Source: Camelus dromedarius (taxonomy: Eukaryota). From it: 64,000 bases of DNA. Positions 1 through 13,636 of this stretch are shown piece after piece; positions within the stretch are counted from its first letter, which is position 1, and the number at the start of each line of letters is the position of its first letter. The stretch is from the NCBI RefSeq assembly GCF_036321535.1, contig NC_087437.1, positions 83,020,001 through 83,084,000 on the forward strand. The letters run 5' to 3'. The notes under the pieces were generated by a model. That model saw only the letters and a program-made list of their open reading frames with translations. It was not told the DNA's origin and did no database searches. Made by a program: the position numbers and the translations under genes.

Positions 1-114
1 GACGGTATCAAAAACTCTGCTCAACTTATTTTTCTCTTCCACAGTTGGCAGATTCCCTTATAACAAAAGTAACTAAATTGCCAGGTTCATCTATGGTTCC
101 ATTTTTATGGGTTG

Positions 115-186
115 TTTTTTCTTTTCTTTTCTTTTCTTTTCTTTTCTTTTCTTTTCTTTTCTTTTCTTTTCTTTTTCTTTTCTTTT
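115..186. repeat. (CTTTT)n microsatellite
   Basis: Directly visible pentanucleotide tandem array. Confidence 0.95.
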
Positions 187-189
187 AAG

Positions 190-520
190 AGTAGAGTCTC
201 TGTTTCCTATAATCCTCTAGCTTTACCAAAAGCAAACCCACTGGCCTTCCAAGCCAACTGTTCTGGGGGCTCATCCTGCAAGATCTGTTCTGCAAATCCC
301 CTAGGCTAGGGATCCCCAGGTGGGGCTCAGACTCCTAGCTCCTTGCGGAAAACCTCTGCAATTGTGATTATCTTTCCATTCGTGAGCTGCCTACCCAGGG
401 GTGTGGGTCTGGAGACTATCACTTCTCTGCCCCTCTTACCCGTCTCGATGTAGAAGATCCTTTCTGCTAGTCTTCAGGTCATTCTCATCAGTAGTTGCTC
501 TGTAGATAGTTGTAATTTTG
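190..520 (-). mobile_element. LINE-1 5'-UTR fragment (laurasiatherian type)
   Basis: Resembles antisense L1 5' UTR text (ctggccttccaagcc...gggggctcatc...aacctctgcaattgt...ttctgctagtcttcaggtc...gttgtaattttg). Confidence 0.6.
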
Positions 521-1389
521 AATTTTTCTGATTTTCTCAAAGTCTAAAACATTTGATTATGACTTTAGGTTAAATTTTCTTCTTGGTAAGCTTTAGGGAG
601 AATCAATGAGCTTTTAAGAAGAGTTTTTTTTAGGAATCTCCATGTTAATTTATGTTAATAATATTACCATAAATATGATAATCCTATTCTCTGAACCTCA
701 AATTTGGACACATTATCTGATAACTCAGAATGTATTTATGGGATTGTTCTGGAAAATCCAGGAACGTGGTCACAGTAACCATTAATGTCATGACACTCTA
801 AATCAGTTCATGGTTACACACTAGGTGTGCTATTACTTCCCCCACACATTTCCATTTATGACAGTCTTCACTGCTGAGGGTGATCTGGCCTTACAACCAA
901 TTAGTTGGAGATGACCCTCAACCACAAGAAAACTCTTTGCCATCTGGGTTAGGTATAGTTTGTGTGACCTCTTCATCAGTTGGCACCATGTAGAAATGAT
1001 TAAGCCAGTTGGCCAGTGGGACAAAAAATTTATTTGAAATATGACAAGAACTTGTAAAGATTACTCAAACTTACTCTCTGCTACTCTTTTTTAAATTCAC
1101 ATAGAAGAATAGTAGACATCCAGAAGAAACTTAAGCTGAATCGCTAGTGAATCTGCACGTCGGCAGTTTTCATCTCTTCTTACATTTGACCATGGTCCTC
1201 ATCCTCAAAGGATATTTATCTTCTAAGAGGGAAAAAGTAAACTAGTAACTGTTATGCTAAGTATAATGTGAAAAAAATTCTGTGAGAATGGTTAGGGTGT
1301 TCAGAAAAGGGAGTAGGTCCTTCCTAGCTGTGATGACCAGGAAAGGCCATATTGCTGGGGGTTTTGTTGTTGTTGTTTGTTTAATGTAG

Positions 1390-2660
1390 GTTCAGTTATT
1401 CTAACCTTTGATTCCCTCTTTTGAATTAATCAAAAATTTCAGTATTCTATCTTAATTCCTGCATCTTTAGCTGTACCTCTTTGGCTTTTTTACGTGATAG
1501 TCTAGTAATTACATTATCCATTCTGTAATTATTACAGTCTATTTAGAGATAATATTGCAATGCTTTATATGTAAAGTTAAGAACATTAAAATAACATAAC
1601 CCCATATAACCCCTCCCTTATTCTTTCTGCTACTGTTGTCAAATACATACATATATATATATATATAAAACATATAGTATGTTAAAAAACAATAGAACAA
1701 GGTTATTTGTTTGTTTGTTTGTTTGTTTATTTTACGGGTCTATGACTGACTTTATTATAAGATTAGATGATAAGAAAATATTAAGGCTTTTCAGGCCAGA
1801 AAGAAATGCTTACTGTGAAGTAAAAAAAATTTTTACCTTCACAAAGAATACATAAATCAGAAAAAACAGGAATACCATATGATTCTTTAAAGTTATTTTT
1901 CTTTAAGCAGTTACATTTTTAATTAATGAAAGAAAGAGTAGTCTTTGATAGTCTAATAGTGATTAATTCTTTCAGCTTGTTTTCATCTGAAAATGTCTTT
2001 ATTTTACCCTGATTTTTCAGGAATATGTTCATTGGATATAGAATAGACACAGATATATAGAAAAAGATCCTGTATTGGTAGATTTTTTTCTTTCAGGACT
2101 ATATAAATCCATTGTCTTCTGGCCTTTTTTAGAAGTTAGCCATTATCTACATTATATTCCCCTTTGTATTGTACTTTATTACTGCTTTTTCCCCCAGACT
2201 TTATCTTTGGTGCTTATTATAGTCAGTTTGATGCTAATGTTTCAGTATGTGGTTTTCTTTGTATTTATCTCACTTTGTTAACTGGCATTTGCTAAGTTTC
2301 TTATAATTATGAACTGGTTTTTTGTTGTTGTTGTTGTTGTTGTTTTTAGCAAATTTGGGAAGGTTGGGGTCATTATTTCCTCAAATATTTTTTCTGTACC
2401 ACTCCGTCCCCCTAGGGGCCTCCCTCCCATGACTACAAAGATATATAGATCTCTTGATATTATCCCACAGGTCACTGAGACTCTTTCCATTCTTATTTCA
2501 ATCATTTTTCTCTTCTCTGTTATTCAGGTTGAATAATTTCTATTGATTTGTCTTCAAGTTCAATAACTTTTTCTGAAATCTTCAATCCGTTGTTAAGCCT
2601 GTCCATTGAATTTTTCACTTCAGATACCGAACTTTTCAGTCCTAGAATTTCCACTTGAAT
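1390..2660 (-). mobile_element. Old LINE-1 (L1M-type) fragments
   Basis: T-rich degenerate L1 antisense motifs (tctgaaaatgtctttattt, aaatttgggaag...ttatttcctcaaatattttttctg). Confidence 0.6.
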
Positions 2661-3080
2661 AATGTGGCTTCATTTCAGCTGTCCTGGATTGATTATATGC
2701 TCATTTCCAGAGATACTTTCCTTGACCAACACTATAGAATGTATTAACTAAAAATTAAAAATGTTCTCTAACCATCTAGAGACGAAAGAGGCATGAGAAA
2801 CAAGCACCTCTGCTGTGAATGTCTTAGGGAAAGCAATCCTAAAAATTGTGTGGCTAAAGACAAACTACACATTTTGATTACACACTAATGAAAGTTGATC
2901 ATTGTATTCCAGAATAAAAAAGAAAAAGGAAGAGGAAAAGGGAAGAAAAAAAAAATTAACAGAACCCAGAAATTAGAACAGATTCTAAAATACAGGAGGA
3001 TACTTAAAGAGAAATTTAACTTGTTTCAAATTCTTATTAATTTGACCTTGGTCTATCAGAGATCCATGTCAGAGAAAACA

Positions 3081-3215
3081 CTATGTGCCATGTGCCAGGC
3101 ACTGTGCTAAACAGCTCATGTATCTAATTTCTTTTATTCACACAAATACAGAGAAATCTTTCTCATTATCTCCACCTTACAGGTGAGGAACAGAGATTCA
3201 GTGATGTAAGTTAAC
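3081..3215 (-). mobile_element. MIR SINE fragment
   Basis: tgtgccaggcactgtgcta...ttacaggtgaggaacagag resembles the reverse MIR core. Confidence 0.6.
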
Positions 3216-5399
3216 AACAGAAGTTGCTGAGCACAACAGTGAACCAAGTCATGTGGGCAGACATTTCCTGGACCAGGTTAAGTTGTGAGTTTGATTTTTT
3301 AAATGCAGAAACAGAAGCAAGAAAGGTTGGGTATTTTTCTCCTGTGAGTCATCAGGAAATTGCCATGTTGTTGCCTGTCTAAACTATTGATCTGCACAAA
3401 CCATACCCAGTGGGGTAAAGTAGCCCTGGGTTAAACTTGTAAAGACCTGTAATGGATGTCTGATAATGCCAAGGATGATGATGACTAACGGTTGGCAGGA
3501 CTGAAGGTCTTCACCACAATGCGGGACTGTAATTAAAAGTACCTTTGATTCTCTCTAGACAGATAAGCAGCTTTGCTACATTGAACAAATTCTGGGCCAG
3601 AGATTTCAAAGTTCCAAAGTTTGCACCTCTTTCTATTGGAAATCCTACTCTGGATCTAAATTAAACCTTCTTCTTGCCCCTCACACATTCCAGTTTGTCT
3701 TGTTCTTCTTGACTCACTGATCCAACTCTGAAGAAACCACTGAGAAAATCCTTTCCAAACTCTATCCTCTACCATGAATTTGAACAACCATCTTCAATTT
3801 TATTTCTCTGCATCTCCCAATTGCTTTTACACGCTAGTCAAATAATTACTAACTCTCTGGGGCTCACTTTTGCCCTCTGTAAAATGGAAGAATTGGTTTA
3901 ATCATGACTTTCAGATTTTGCTCCTCTAGGTTCCAGGCATTCGAAGAATTACCTCACATGATAGGGTGTAGGAGGTATGGCAAACAGGAGGAGCACTGCC
4001 AGCCAGAAGTTCCCTTCAATAGAAGCAGCTCTGCTTTCTGCTCTTATTTTGTTTGAATTTCTTACTAAAATTTCATTTGAAGGAATCTGATACTAAAACA
4101 AATTTGAAAACCACTGGATTAGATTCTTTCTAGCTCTAAACAGTCTAGGATAGTATCTTGTGATTCTGAAATCTTAACAGCAGAGGGAAGAGCTGTTTTA
4201 TCTGCTTACATTTTGCATGTTTTGAGAGGCTTAGAAACAGATATGTTTCTAAGAAACTCAGTGACTAGATAAGTGGGTGATTTACGTATAAGACTTGGCT
4301 GAGTGCACAAGTGGGAACTGACCCTGGCAGAGGGGGATCCCAGGGATGGATTCTTTTCTTGTAAAAGCATTCACAGTCACCTCTCAGGAACTAAAGACTC
4401 ACGTAGCTATTTTCCCTAGCACCGCTGACCCTGCTGATTTGATGGCAGCAGAACCATGTTGGTGAATTTAGGCAAATGAAGACAGTGTGACCTTAGCTCT
4501 CTCCTCCTCCTCCTCCACCCTCTCCCACCCCCCCGGCAGCTCCTCCCATTCTGGCTGCAGATGTGATAGAGCAGAACTGAAGTTTATTTCAGTATCTTGT
4601 AGGTCAGACACTTCAAAGCTGCCACAGTTCCTGGAAATCTACCCCAACCTCCACAGGATCACCAGTCAAGATGCAGACTGTGCCCCCCTCTCAGCTTCTG
4701 GTGCTGTGGACAGCAGTTCAGTTTTTACATAGTGAGTGCATAGCTCACAAGACTACTTGCAGGACTGGCTGCCTCAAAACCTAGGGAGGATGCCTGCTTG
4801 CTACTATGAACTCTACAGTGTATGTAAAGCATGGAACAGGGTGGGGGCAGAGTTTCATCATAAACTCAACTCTATTTTGACCTAAGAAGAAAGAATTTAT
4901 AAGGTCCAAATTGTTAATACTGGAATCACTAATGTGAATAATTGTAATGCTTTCTGGAGTCCATTCCTTAGGATGGAAAAGGAAGAGCACTGTATCAACC
5001 TGAGCTCCGCCAACCATCTGCCTCCATCCTCACCCCTCATATTCTGTCCCCGGCTCTGCCTGCAGAGTGATCATCTCACGTAAGTCTGATCATGCCATCT
5101 TCTGCCTTAATGCCTTAGAAGAATTTCCACTGACTTCTGAATAAAGTACAAGCTCTCTGACAGAACATATAAAGACCAGCCTCTTTGTGCTCTATTCTCC
5201 ACCCTGCAACTTCAGTTCCTGCCATTCTGCTATCACTCCAGCTGGGGGTCAGAACCTGAAGTCTTAGCCTGGCTGGGTAGAATACTGAGAATATCTCCAT
5301 TTTTCTTTTTTAAACAGTCCTGTGTTTCTCAAGGGTGGTCCTCAAGTCACCCTGCAACAAAATTAATGAACGACTTTCTTAAAAAATAAGAAAGGAGTG

Positions 5400-5610
5400 A
5401 ATCTTTATTGCCAGGAACTAGTATGTTCTGGGCTAACTCTTTTAGTCATTACAGCAATCCTAAGAGGCAGGTGTTATTTCTAACTTCATCTGATAAATAA
5501 GGAAACCATGGCCCATTGCGGTTAAATAACTATTTAAGTTCACAGGTGGCAAAGCCTGGTTTCAAACCCTAGCAATCAGGCTCCACAAGCCAGCCTCTCA
5601 ACCACGCTCC
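5400..5610 (-). mobile_element. MIR SINE fragment
   Basis: acagcaatcctaagaggcaggtgttatt...aaggaaacc...ggtttcaaaccc. Confidence 0.55.
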
Positions 5611-6359
5611 CTTATAGACTCTTAACAAAATGCAGATTCACAGGCCCCTTCATAGCCTAAGGGTATACATTTTAAAGAAGATTCTGAGCTGATTCTTTCA
5701 TACAGTTGTTTGAAAACCATATTACAAATTTTGTTCAAAAAGAAAATAGGAGGTGAGTGCCCTCTAGTGTATACACATGAGTCCTACACATTTGTAGGCG
5801 TTGAATCAGACCTTTTTAATCTGTTCGTTACAAAAGAGCCACATTTCAAGATGTGCAATTTAAGAACTATATTGGAATAAATTATTTCAAGGTCAATGAC
5901 TTAACTAATTAACCCTATCCTAAATTTACTTTGTTACAAAAAGAATTATATAAATATTGCCAGGTAACTGTCTCTCATAAGATCTCAGCAGCTCCTGGAA
6001 ATTCAATTTAGTTATTGGCAGTCTATCCCAGCATGTCTGATTACTAGGAACAGAGGCTCACGGCCTTGGTGCAAAGTAACTGATAAATCTGAAACACCAA
6101 ATCCACTTTGTAAAAGTGGCAGAGTTTACCATCCTATCTATAGTGGCTTCATTATATCATTAATTGTCTTCAGCATGTTCTGCTCAACTTATTCTCAGAA
6201 GGGGATTAAACTTAGAGTCTTCTGGTTTTCTCTTATTCTTTTTAGATTAGAATTGGAAGGGAGGAGAATTCATTAACTCTTCAGTGTGATGTATATAAAT
6301 CTTTGTATTATTCTGATAGGCTATTGTTTATTTCCCAACAGGACACCATCCATGTTATT

Positions 6360-6780
6360 TTTTTAGGTTAGACTTAACTGTCTGGAACAAAAGACCTCAA
6401 AATGTAGTGACTAAAACAAATTGAAGTTGATTCTCTCTGATATAACTATCCAGAGATAGTACACTCAACACACAGATTCCATTCTGAGTTCAAAATAGCT
6501 GCTCCACTTCCTGGCTCACATCTGTATCCCAGCCAGTGAGAAAAGGCCAGGGAAGAACACATCCATTCCTTTTAAGGACAAACCTAGAAGTGGCCCAGAG
6601 GAATAGCTGTGCTCACATCCCACTGGCCAGAGTCTGGCCATAAGCTTCAGGAGAGGGCGGGAATGGAGTCTTTAGTGAGGCAGCTGTTTGCCCCACCAAA
6701 ACCTGGAGAACTATCAACAAAGGAAGAAGGGGAGAATGGACTTTCAGTGGAAAACTAGTTGTCTCTGCCACAAACCACTT
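6360..6780 (-). mobile_element. MaLR (MLT1-like) LTR
   Basis: Degenerate MLT1-like text (aacaaaagacctcaaaat...gctgctccac...ccactggccagagtctggcca). Confidence 0.45.
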
Positions 6781-7117
6781 TCTATATTCGGACATTTTAA
6801 ATGTGATTCTCTCAGCAGCCAGTTATTCACTGAAAGTAAGCAAGGAAACAAATATCAAGTATTTCAAGAATATTGGTTAATGAAATGATAGAATTTTTAC
6901 CAAGATGCTGCTAATTCAGCTGAGAACCTATTTTCTTTGCTTTATGGTCCTTCATGGTATGGATTTATAAATTATGGACCTAGACAATCAGTTCAAAAGT
7001 AAACACACGCAGTTCTTCCATTTCATGGACTTTGATATACACAAATTTCAGTTAATTACCATGTTTAGTTAAACAACACCAGTTCCCCCAAACGATTCAA
7101 ATTTCAGTTACCACATT

Positions 7118-7145
7118 AGATAGACAGACAGATAGATATGTAGAG

Positions 7146-7208
<63 letters not shown>

Positions 7209-7210
7209 TA
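7118..7210. repeat. (GATA)n/(GACA)n compound microsatellite
   Basis: Directly visible. Confidence 0.95.
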
Positions 7211-7610
7211 GGGGTAGAGATATTTAAGTGCAAACTTTATGCTAGCTCTTCAGTCCACAGATCACCACATAAATAATAGGTGCGTATAATGTTCACTGAC
7301 CAATCACAATACCCTTTCAAAATGATGATAGGTTACTGCACGTCTGTTACTCAGTTTATGCAGAGAGCAAAGTATGTAGCTATGTGGCTTCCTTGTCTAC
7401 CTGTGATAAATAAACCCCATGACATTTTACAAAAATGGATAACTGAAAGAGGTAACTGGGCAACAGAGATGCAAGTACAGCAAAGAAACAAGAAGTAATA
7501 ATACTATACGTAAAATTCTAATTGAATATAAATGGAACTAGGAAAGAAACAGCTGACCATGGAAATGTCATCACTGCCACCATTTGAGACACTTACTCAG
7601 CCAGAGGAAT

Positions 7611-7843
7611 TGTATTAGTCAGGGTTCTCCAGACAAACAGAACCAACAGGATATGTGTGCATATACATAGGGAGAAACATTTTAAGGAATCGACTCACAT
7701 GATTACAGAGGCTGGCAAATCCAAAATCTGCAGAGTGGACCAGCAGGCTGATGATCCAGGGGAAAGCTGATGCCGTGGTTCAAAATTTAACCAAGTATCT
7801 GGACACTATAGCCCAACCGAGTAGATACATAAAGTGAAGCACA
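7611..7843 (-). mobile_element. MLT2-like (ERVL) solo LTR, internally deleted
   Basis: Starts tgtattagtcagggttctccaga and ends ...gcaca; same termini as the longer copy at 36448. Confidence 0.75.
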
Positions 7844-10579
7844 GGTACTTAGTGAATGTGAACTTACTGACATAATGAAGAAAGTGGTTATGATAAGCTA
7901 AATAAAGATGTCCCAGAGGAAGTGATGCTGGTAAAAACAAAAACCAAAGACCAAAAACCAAAAAGCTTCACATTGAAGGAACTCTTGGACTATTTCACAA
8001 CATTGAAAGCACAAAGGATAAAATATTAGATTACAAATTTATAAAGGAGCATGACAATTCACCAAGGCATAGAAAAGATACTTACTCCATATTGTAAGCA
8101 ATGCAATGAGAAAAAGGCAAGCACTGTTGAAACTATTCTTGGTAAGTACAAATAAATAAAACACTTTAATTCTGAATGTTCCTAATGCTTTAAATTGCAG
8201 TGTACTAAATAAATATCAGTTTTGATATATTTTCACTTATAACTTACAGTAACTAAATCTTTACTGTTTTGACAAAATGTTTTTAAAGATCACAGAACAA
8301 TCATTTTTTACACTGATTCTTAAGATTGATTTTTCTATCTTCTGTTTGTATGGTCATTTTTATGATCCCAAAGTACCATGCAAAATGGGGACTGCCTACG
8401 TGGTATTTCATTTAAAGAGATTATCTGGCAACTCAAATGGAATCTCTGTTTCTAGGAGGATAGGAGAAGGCTACTAGCTCCTTTGTGGGCTCTGAAGTTC
8501 CTAGTAAGGTGTAGGTATTTAGAAAACATTGGTTTCATTGTTTTAGTGGACAGTGCTTCTGGGTCAGATGAAGAACAGTGGAGTAATGTTAACAGCATTA
8601 GAAACAGGGTCTATGCTTGGTCTATGCCTAAACTTCCAGTTTCTGATCCATCATGTGAGGGTAGTAATGGTGTTTCCATCTTTTATGAGGTTGTTTTGAA
8701 CACAGCACAAAGAAAGTGCTAAATAAGTGTCCATAGGAAGGATGAATGATCCAGAACTCAGTCTGACCAAGAATAATTACCCCACAAAGTTCTCATAACC
8801 CTTTGATAACAACTGAGGCTAGGACATTAAGGCTGCCCGGGAGCTGGTTAGGATGACGGTGAGGCCAAATATTTGGAGCAAGAAAGCCAGGTCCCTTGAA
8901 GGCACATATATTAGGACCAAAAGTGTTAAATCTTTTGCCCCAGTCCACATTCCCATTCCCCTTGACCTTTGTGCACTCAGAATGGAGGCTGAATGGTTCC
9001 ATTTGGGAAAAGGAGCGGAGAAAATAAAACTTGGGCTGGCCATGAGGTCTCCTAGTAGCGCACATTCTTGCATTTTTAGGTTCTCAGTGTTCCCTCACTC
9101 CTTTCAGCAAACCAAACCAAACCAAACCAAAACCAAAACCAAAAACATGCTCAAGTCTTCCAACTCAGACAAAAGATCAATCTTATAACTGCCCACCCTG
9201 AGCTACTATTGTTCTACATATTCTTTCAATTTAGCTGCCACCTCTCTGGTTTTCTGAAGCTCTGATTCCAAGGCAGCCAGTGACTTCATAATTTCTAGTA
9301 ACAAGTACTCAGCACTTACGTTCTCTGATCAGAAATTGCAGCTCTTTGCCCACTGGCTACACTCTTCTCCTTGATGCCCCCTACTCCCCCATGCTTCTGG
9401 GACATAGAACCAAAGGTCCTAAGACTTCTTGTTTCTTTTGTCCCTAAATGTGTCTGGTGCCCTGTCTTCTGACTTTGAACTCTTTACCTTTTTGTTCTAA
9501 AAGTTCGGTGGCCTTTTCATCATTCCAGCTGTGGATATCTCACAAATTCCCTCTTCTAGTCCTTACCTCTCTCCGGATCCACACTTAGATTTACACAACC
9601 CACCAGCATCTCAAGTTCAATGTGTCTGCAGTACGAGAAAGTATTATAAATGTGTTTTTCCCTTCCTTTGCATTTATTCCTCCCCATCACTTCTAGAACC
9701 AAGTCCTGGTCCTAGCTAAACAGTTAGACATGGGAGAAAAGGCCACTCTAGATAGATACAAAGAACAAAGAGAACCAACTTCTTGACTCCTAAGCTTAAA
9801 AAGGTGTTGATGAGTTTAAGTTAATAGGTTTTAAATGTGTATTTTCCAGGAGAGCATCCTAGTCCACCAGATGAGATGAATTCTCCATGCCACAAGTGGA
9901 AGCAGCTTTGCATTTCTTCTGCAAATATCACTGGTTGCAAGTGCCATGAAATTGTCATGGAGGCGGTACCCAGGGGCAATGTTACATGTCTTCTTATTTC
10001 TGTATGATAAGCCCTACTCAACAGAGCCCAATGCCCATGGTTTCTTGATTGTCTAACAGAAAACACCTGCATATATCCCAAAGCTTTGTCCCTAATATTT
10101 TGTCAAATGACCCCCACCCTTATCAGTTGACCCACGATATTCTTAAGCCTCCTAGAATGGGTGTGGAGAGCACTGTATAGTGAAGGGCTGCGTGGCCAGG
10201 AAAACCCTGTACCCAGGTAAATGGACATTTGGAGAGCTTTGGCTAAATTGGTGGAAACAACTCTTTTAAAAAACTGTCTGGATCAAAGTGATTCCCTCCT
10301 GTCCCCCCTATACTTGCTAGTTCTTCTTTATGCATTTCATATTTTTGGTAATCTTAGATCTACAGGCTCAATACCTGGAATCATCTTAAAAATTTCTCTT
10401 TAAAGTAGGCATTTATGATATTGTCTGTTCATCGTATCTCCCTTTTCTTACACATCCCACAATCACCACTCATCCTCTCCAACACTAATTACAGTGGGAG
10501 TTTCCTTGTGTTCTAACATGATCCCATCTCCTACCCCTAGCCATTTTTGACTGGTTCCAGGGTGGACATCTGAACAAAG

Positions 10580-10870
10580 AAGAAATAGAGTATTAGAAAG
10601 ACCTAAGCTGCAAGTGAAAGAAAACCTGACAACCAGTACCTTAATTTATTTCTTCTCCTGTAACAAGAACTCTAATGGTAGGCAGCTGAGGGCTGATGTA
10701 TCTGCTCAAGAATCTCATCAGGACCGAGCCATCTTCTATCTTATTGCTCTGCAAACTTTTTTCATGAGACTTTCCTAATCTTGGTCACAAAATGGTTGCT
10801 GCAGCTCCAGATATCACATGCATATTACTATAGGGAAGAATAAAGGAAGCGCTAAAGGCAGAACATAAAG
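10580..10870 (-). mobile_element. MaLR (MLT1-like) LTR fragment
   Basis: ggtcacaaaatggttgctgcagctccagatatcaca motif typical of old MLT1. Confidence 0.45.
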
Positions 10871-12271
10871 GACTTAAGGGGCAGGCACCATGGATTTTTC
10901 TCTTTTATAAAACTTTTCTGGAATATTTGAGTGGTATCTATACCTCTATGAAAAGCTAGTTTTAAAATTACTCCAGTTAAAGAAAAAGCAAGTCAGCAAC
11001 ACAAAATTGAATTGGATATTAGGCTACATTTAGCTTTGAAAACCAATTATATGAATGATCTATGTAAATATTTGCCTCTGAAGATTCAAAAGTTTAAAAT
11101 GCAAATTCTAGGACAAAATAGAGTAAAAAAAACTCAAAAATTCCACTTCTTTGCTAATCTATTATCACCCCACAACCATTCCCACTAGAAGTTCTGATAA
11201 ACTGGCAGCAGTGTGCCAAGGTAAACATATCTATTTGGTAATACAGTACTTTGTTAATAATTAGCCTGACATTCTGTATCTAGCTGAAAGTAACAGAACT
11301 AAGTCATTTTATAAAATATTTCTTAAGTTTGGCTCTTAAAACTTGGGAGTTGGTGAAAATAGTACAATTTAGTAAAGGTAGTGGGAATTATGTGTGTGTG
11401 CATGGTTAGAAGGCAGTAAAGCTATCAGAAGGATGTTAGAATCCCTTCTAATTAATTTTTTAGAAAAGGGCAGACTAATATACCATCAGTAGGCTAAAGG
11501 CATTTATGTTCAACAGGGCTTTGGGGCAGAGAGGAGGAGTCAAATTCATAAGCATTCTGGAAAGCCAGTGGAGTTTGAACAATGATACTTAATATTCCTA
11601 TACCTTGTCAGTTTGTACAAGGCTAGTCAAAATCTTTTTGGCTGATAGGGTCACCAGAACATAAAGCAAAGCAAGAAACTGGGTCCAAAAAGGAACAGAA
11701 ACTCTACTATACACCTTGTTTTACAACTTACCGTAAACTTATGATTGGTCCCTGCTGGCTTTCTGATGCTTGAAATTGCTTGAGTAGGGGATGCCTTTTA
11801 CTCCACGCTGACAAATAAGGCTTAAATACAAGTAAATTCCTTGGGGACAATTTGAACCCCTAGGAAGTGTGATTTAAACTCACACTAACCAGGCTCTTAA
11901 TGTCTTTCTTAAATGTAGCATAATATGGGGAGGATAGGGAAGACACTGGAAACCAGAGGAGGAAATGAGAGAGACCATGTGCACAGAGAGGGTAAGGATG
12001 GGGGGATGGAAGCCTGGAAACTAGTACACAGCAGGCTCCAGACCAACCTATCTGACTTGGCAAATGTTCAAAACAGCTTGTGCCTGCTTATCTTTTATGA
12101 ACTGTATGAGTATTCTCAGAATTGGAGCAAGATAATTAAGGGAGTTCTTAAAGAAAAATGGGCCACAGAGGTTCCTTCTCATTAATGAGGTTCATTTATC
12201 ACCACCAGGCTCAGTCAAACCTTATCAAGCCTTCTACAAGAGGCAAACAAACCCTTCGTAGAGTGATTGGT

Positions 12272-12595
12272 CTTTTTTGCTGTTTTTTCTAATTGAGGTA
12301 TAATTGGCATATACATTAGTTTTAAGCATACAACATAATGATTTGATATATGTATATATTGCAAAATGATAACTACAATATTTAGTTAATACCCATCACC
12401 ATACAGTAAAAATTTTTTTCTTGTGATGAGATCTTTTAAGATCTATGCTCTTAGCAACTTCCAAATATACAATTCAGTATTGTTAACTACAGTCATCATG
12501 TTGTACATGACATCTCCATGACTTATTTATCTTATTACTGGAAGTTTGTACCTTTTGATCCCTTTTGTCCATTTTGCCCACCCCTACATCTCACT
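12272..12595 (-). mobile_element. LINE-1 3' end (L1MA/MB-like)
   Basis: taattgaggtataattg...tcttagcaacttccaaatatacaat...ctggaagtttgtacc. Confidence 0.8.
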
Positions 12596-12659
12596 GCTTC
12601 ACAGCACTTTCTTCTTGATTTTTTTCAAACACCTGGAAGTTTCTCCTGCTCAGACTGCC

Positions 12660-12855
12660 CTCCATTCATTCATTCTATAAACATTCAGAGCCCGTCACAA
12701 GCCAGGCTCTGTGGTGGGTTCTGGGGATAAAAAGACCCTGTTCTCAGGAAGCTCACAGCCTAGCAGGGTGGACAGACATGCTGTCTGTAGGACAAGTGTT
12801 AGCTGGGGTGAGCATGGGGCTGTGAGGTGGAGAAGATGCTAAGTCAGCCCAGGAG
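12660..12855. mobile_element. L2 3'-end fragment
   Basis: cattcattcattc...gccaggctctgtg...ggaagctcacagcctag. Confidence 0.55.
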
Positions 12856-13563
12856 TGTTAGGGATGGCAATGGCGGGAGGTGAAGCCATCCTTGTTCTGA
12901 AAGGCACATGGGGCTCCCAGACCCTCCCTCTCCCTGTTGAGAGCCAAACTTTCTCCAGGTTCCTCAGTGCTGGTGTCTCCCCTGCCAAAAGACCTGCCAG
13001 GCTTCTGGCTGGGTTTGGTCCCTCTGGTGCTCAGTCAGCCCCTACATTCCTTGCAGTGGGCCATAATATAGAGCGATAGAGCTTATCTTTCCTCTCCTTT
13101 GCCAACTCAGCATCCCAGCAAGTTCCACCATGGCTAAAACTTCCTCCAAAGTAGTTTATTCACTTATTAATCCAGGACTTTACCATTCATTGAATCTGCT
13201 AGAGAGTCAAGCTTGTCCACCCAGCTAACAAGGTGCTCCTGCATGAGAGCTACTGGTGCAGGTATGGACAGATAAAACACACTGCCCTGAACAACTGGTC
13301 TGACCCATAGCCGTGGAAGTTCCATCACTGCATCTAGCCACTAAGAAAAAACTTGTAGAAACCAACACCAGTGGCTTTAATTATTATTCACTACTAGACA
13401 TTAAAATCATCCGGGAGACTTAGGGGGCAAATTAGCTCACGAATTATTCTTAAACTTGTATTTCCAGACAACATGGAACTGTGGTATGGTTACAGGAACA
13501 ACAACAAAAAATCTATTAAATGTTAGCTTTCTTCCTCGTTTCTTTAAAGTGAGGAGAAGCGCA

Positions 13564-13636
13564 GGGTGGCTGGGGGCCGGTGGGGGGGGGTTGCGGGGGG
13601 AGGGGAGGGAGTGGGGGGGGAGGGGAGGGAGTGGGG
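13564..13636 (+). repeat. G-rich tract, potential G-quadruplex
   Basis: More than 8 runs of 3 or more G with short loops. Confidence 0.75.

Larger units (their letters stand above)
7006..8398. mobile_element. TcMar-Tigger-like DNA transposon relic with nested insertions
   Basis: Imperfect terminal inverted repeats: left gcagttcttccatttcatggacttt vs reverse complement of right end ggcagtccccattttgcatggtacttt. Confidence 0.6.
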
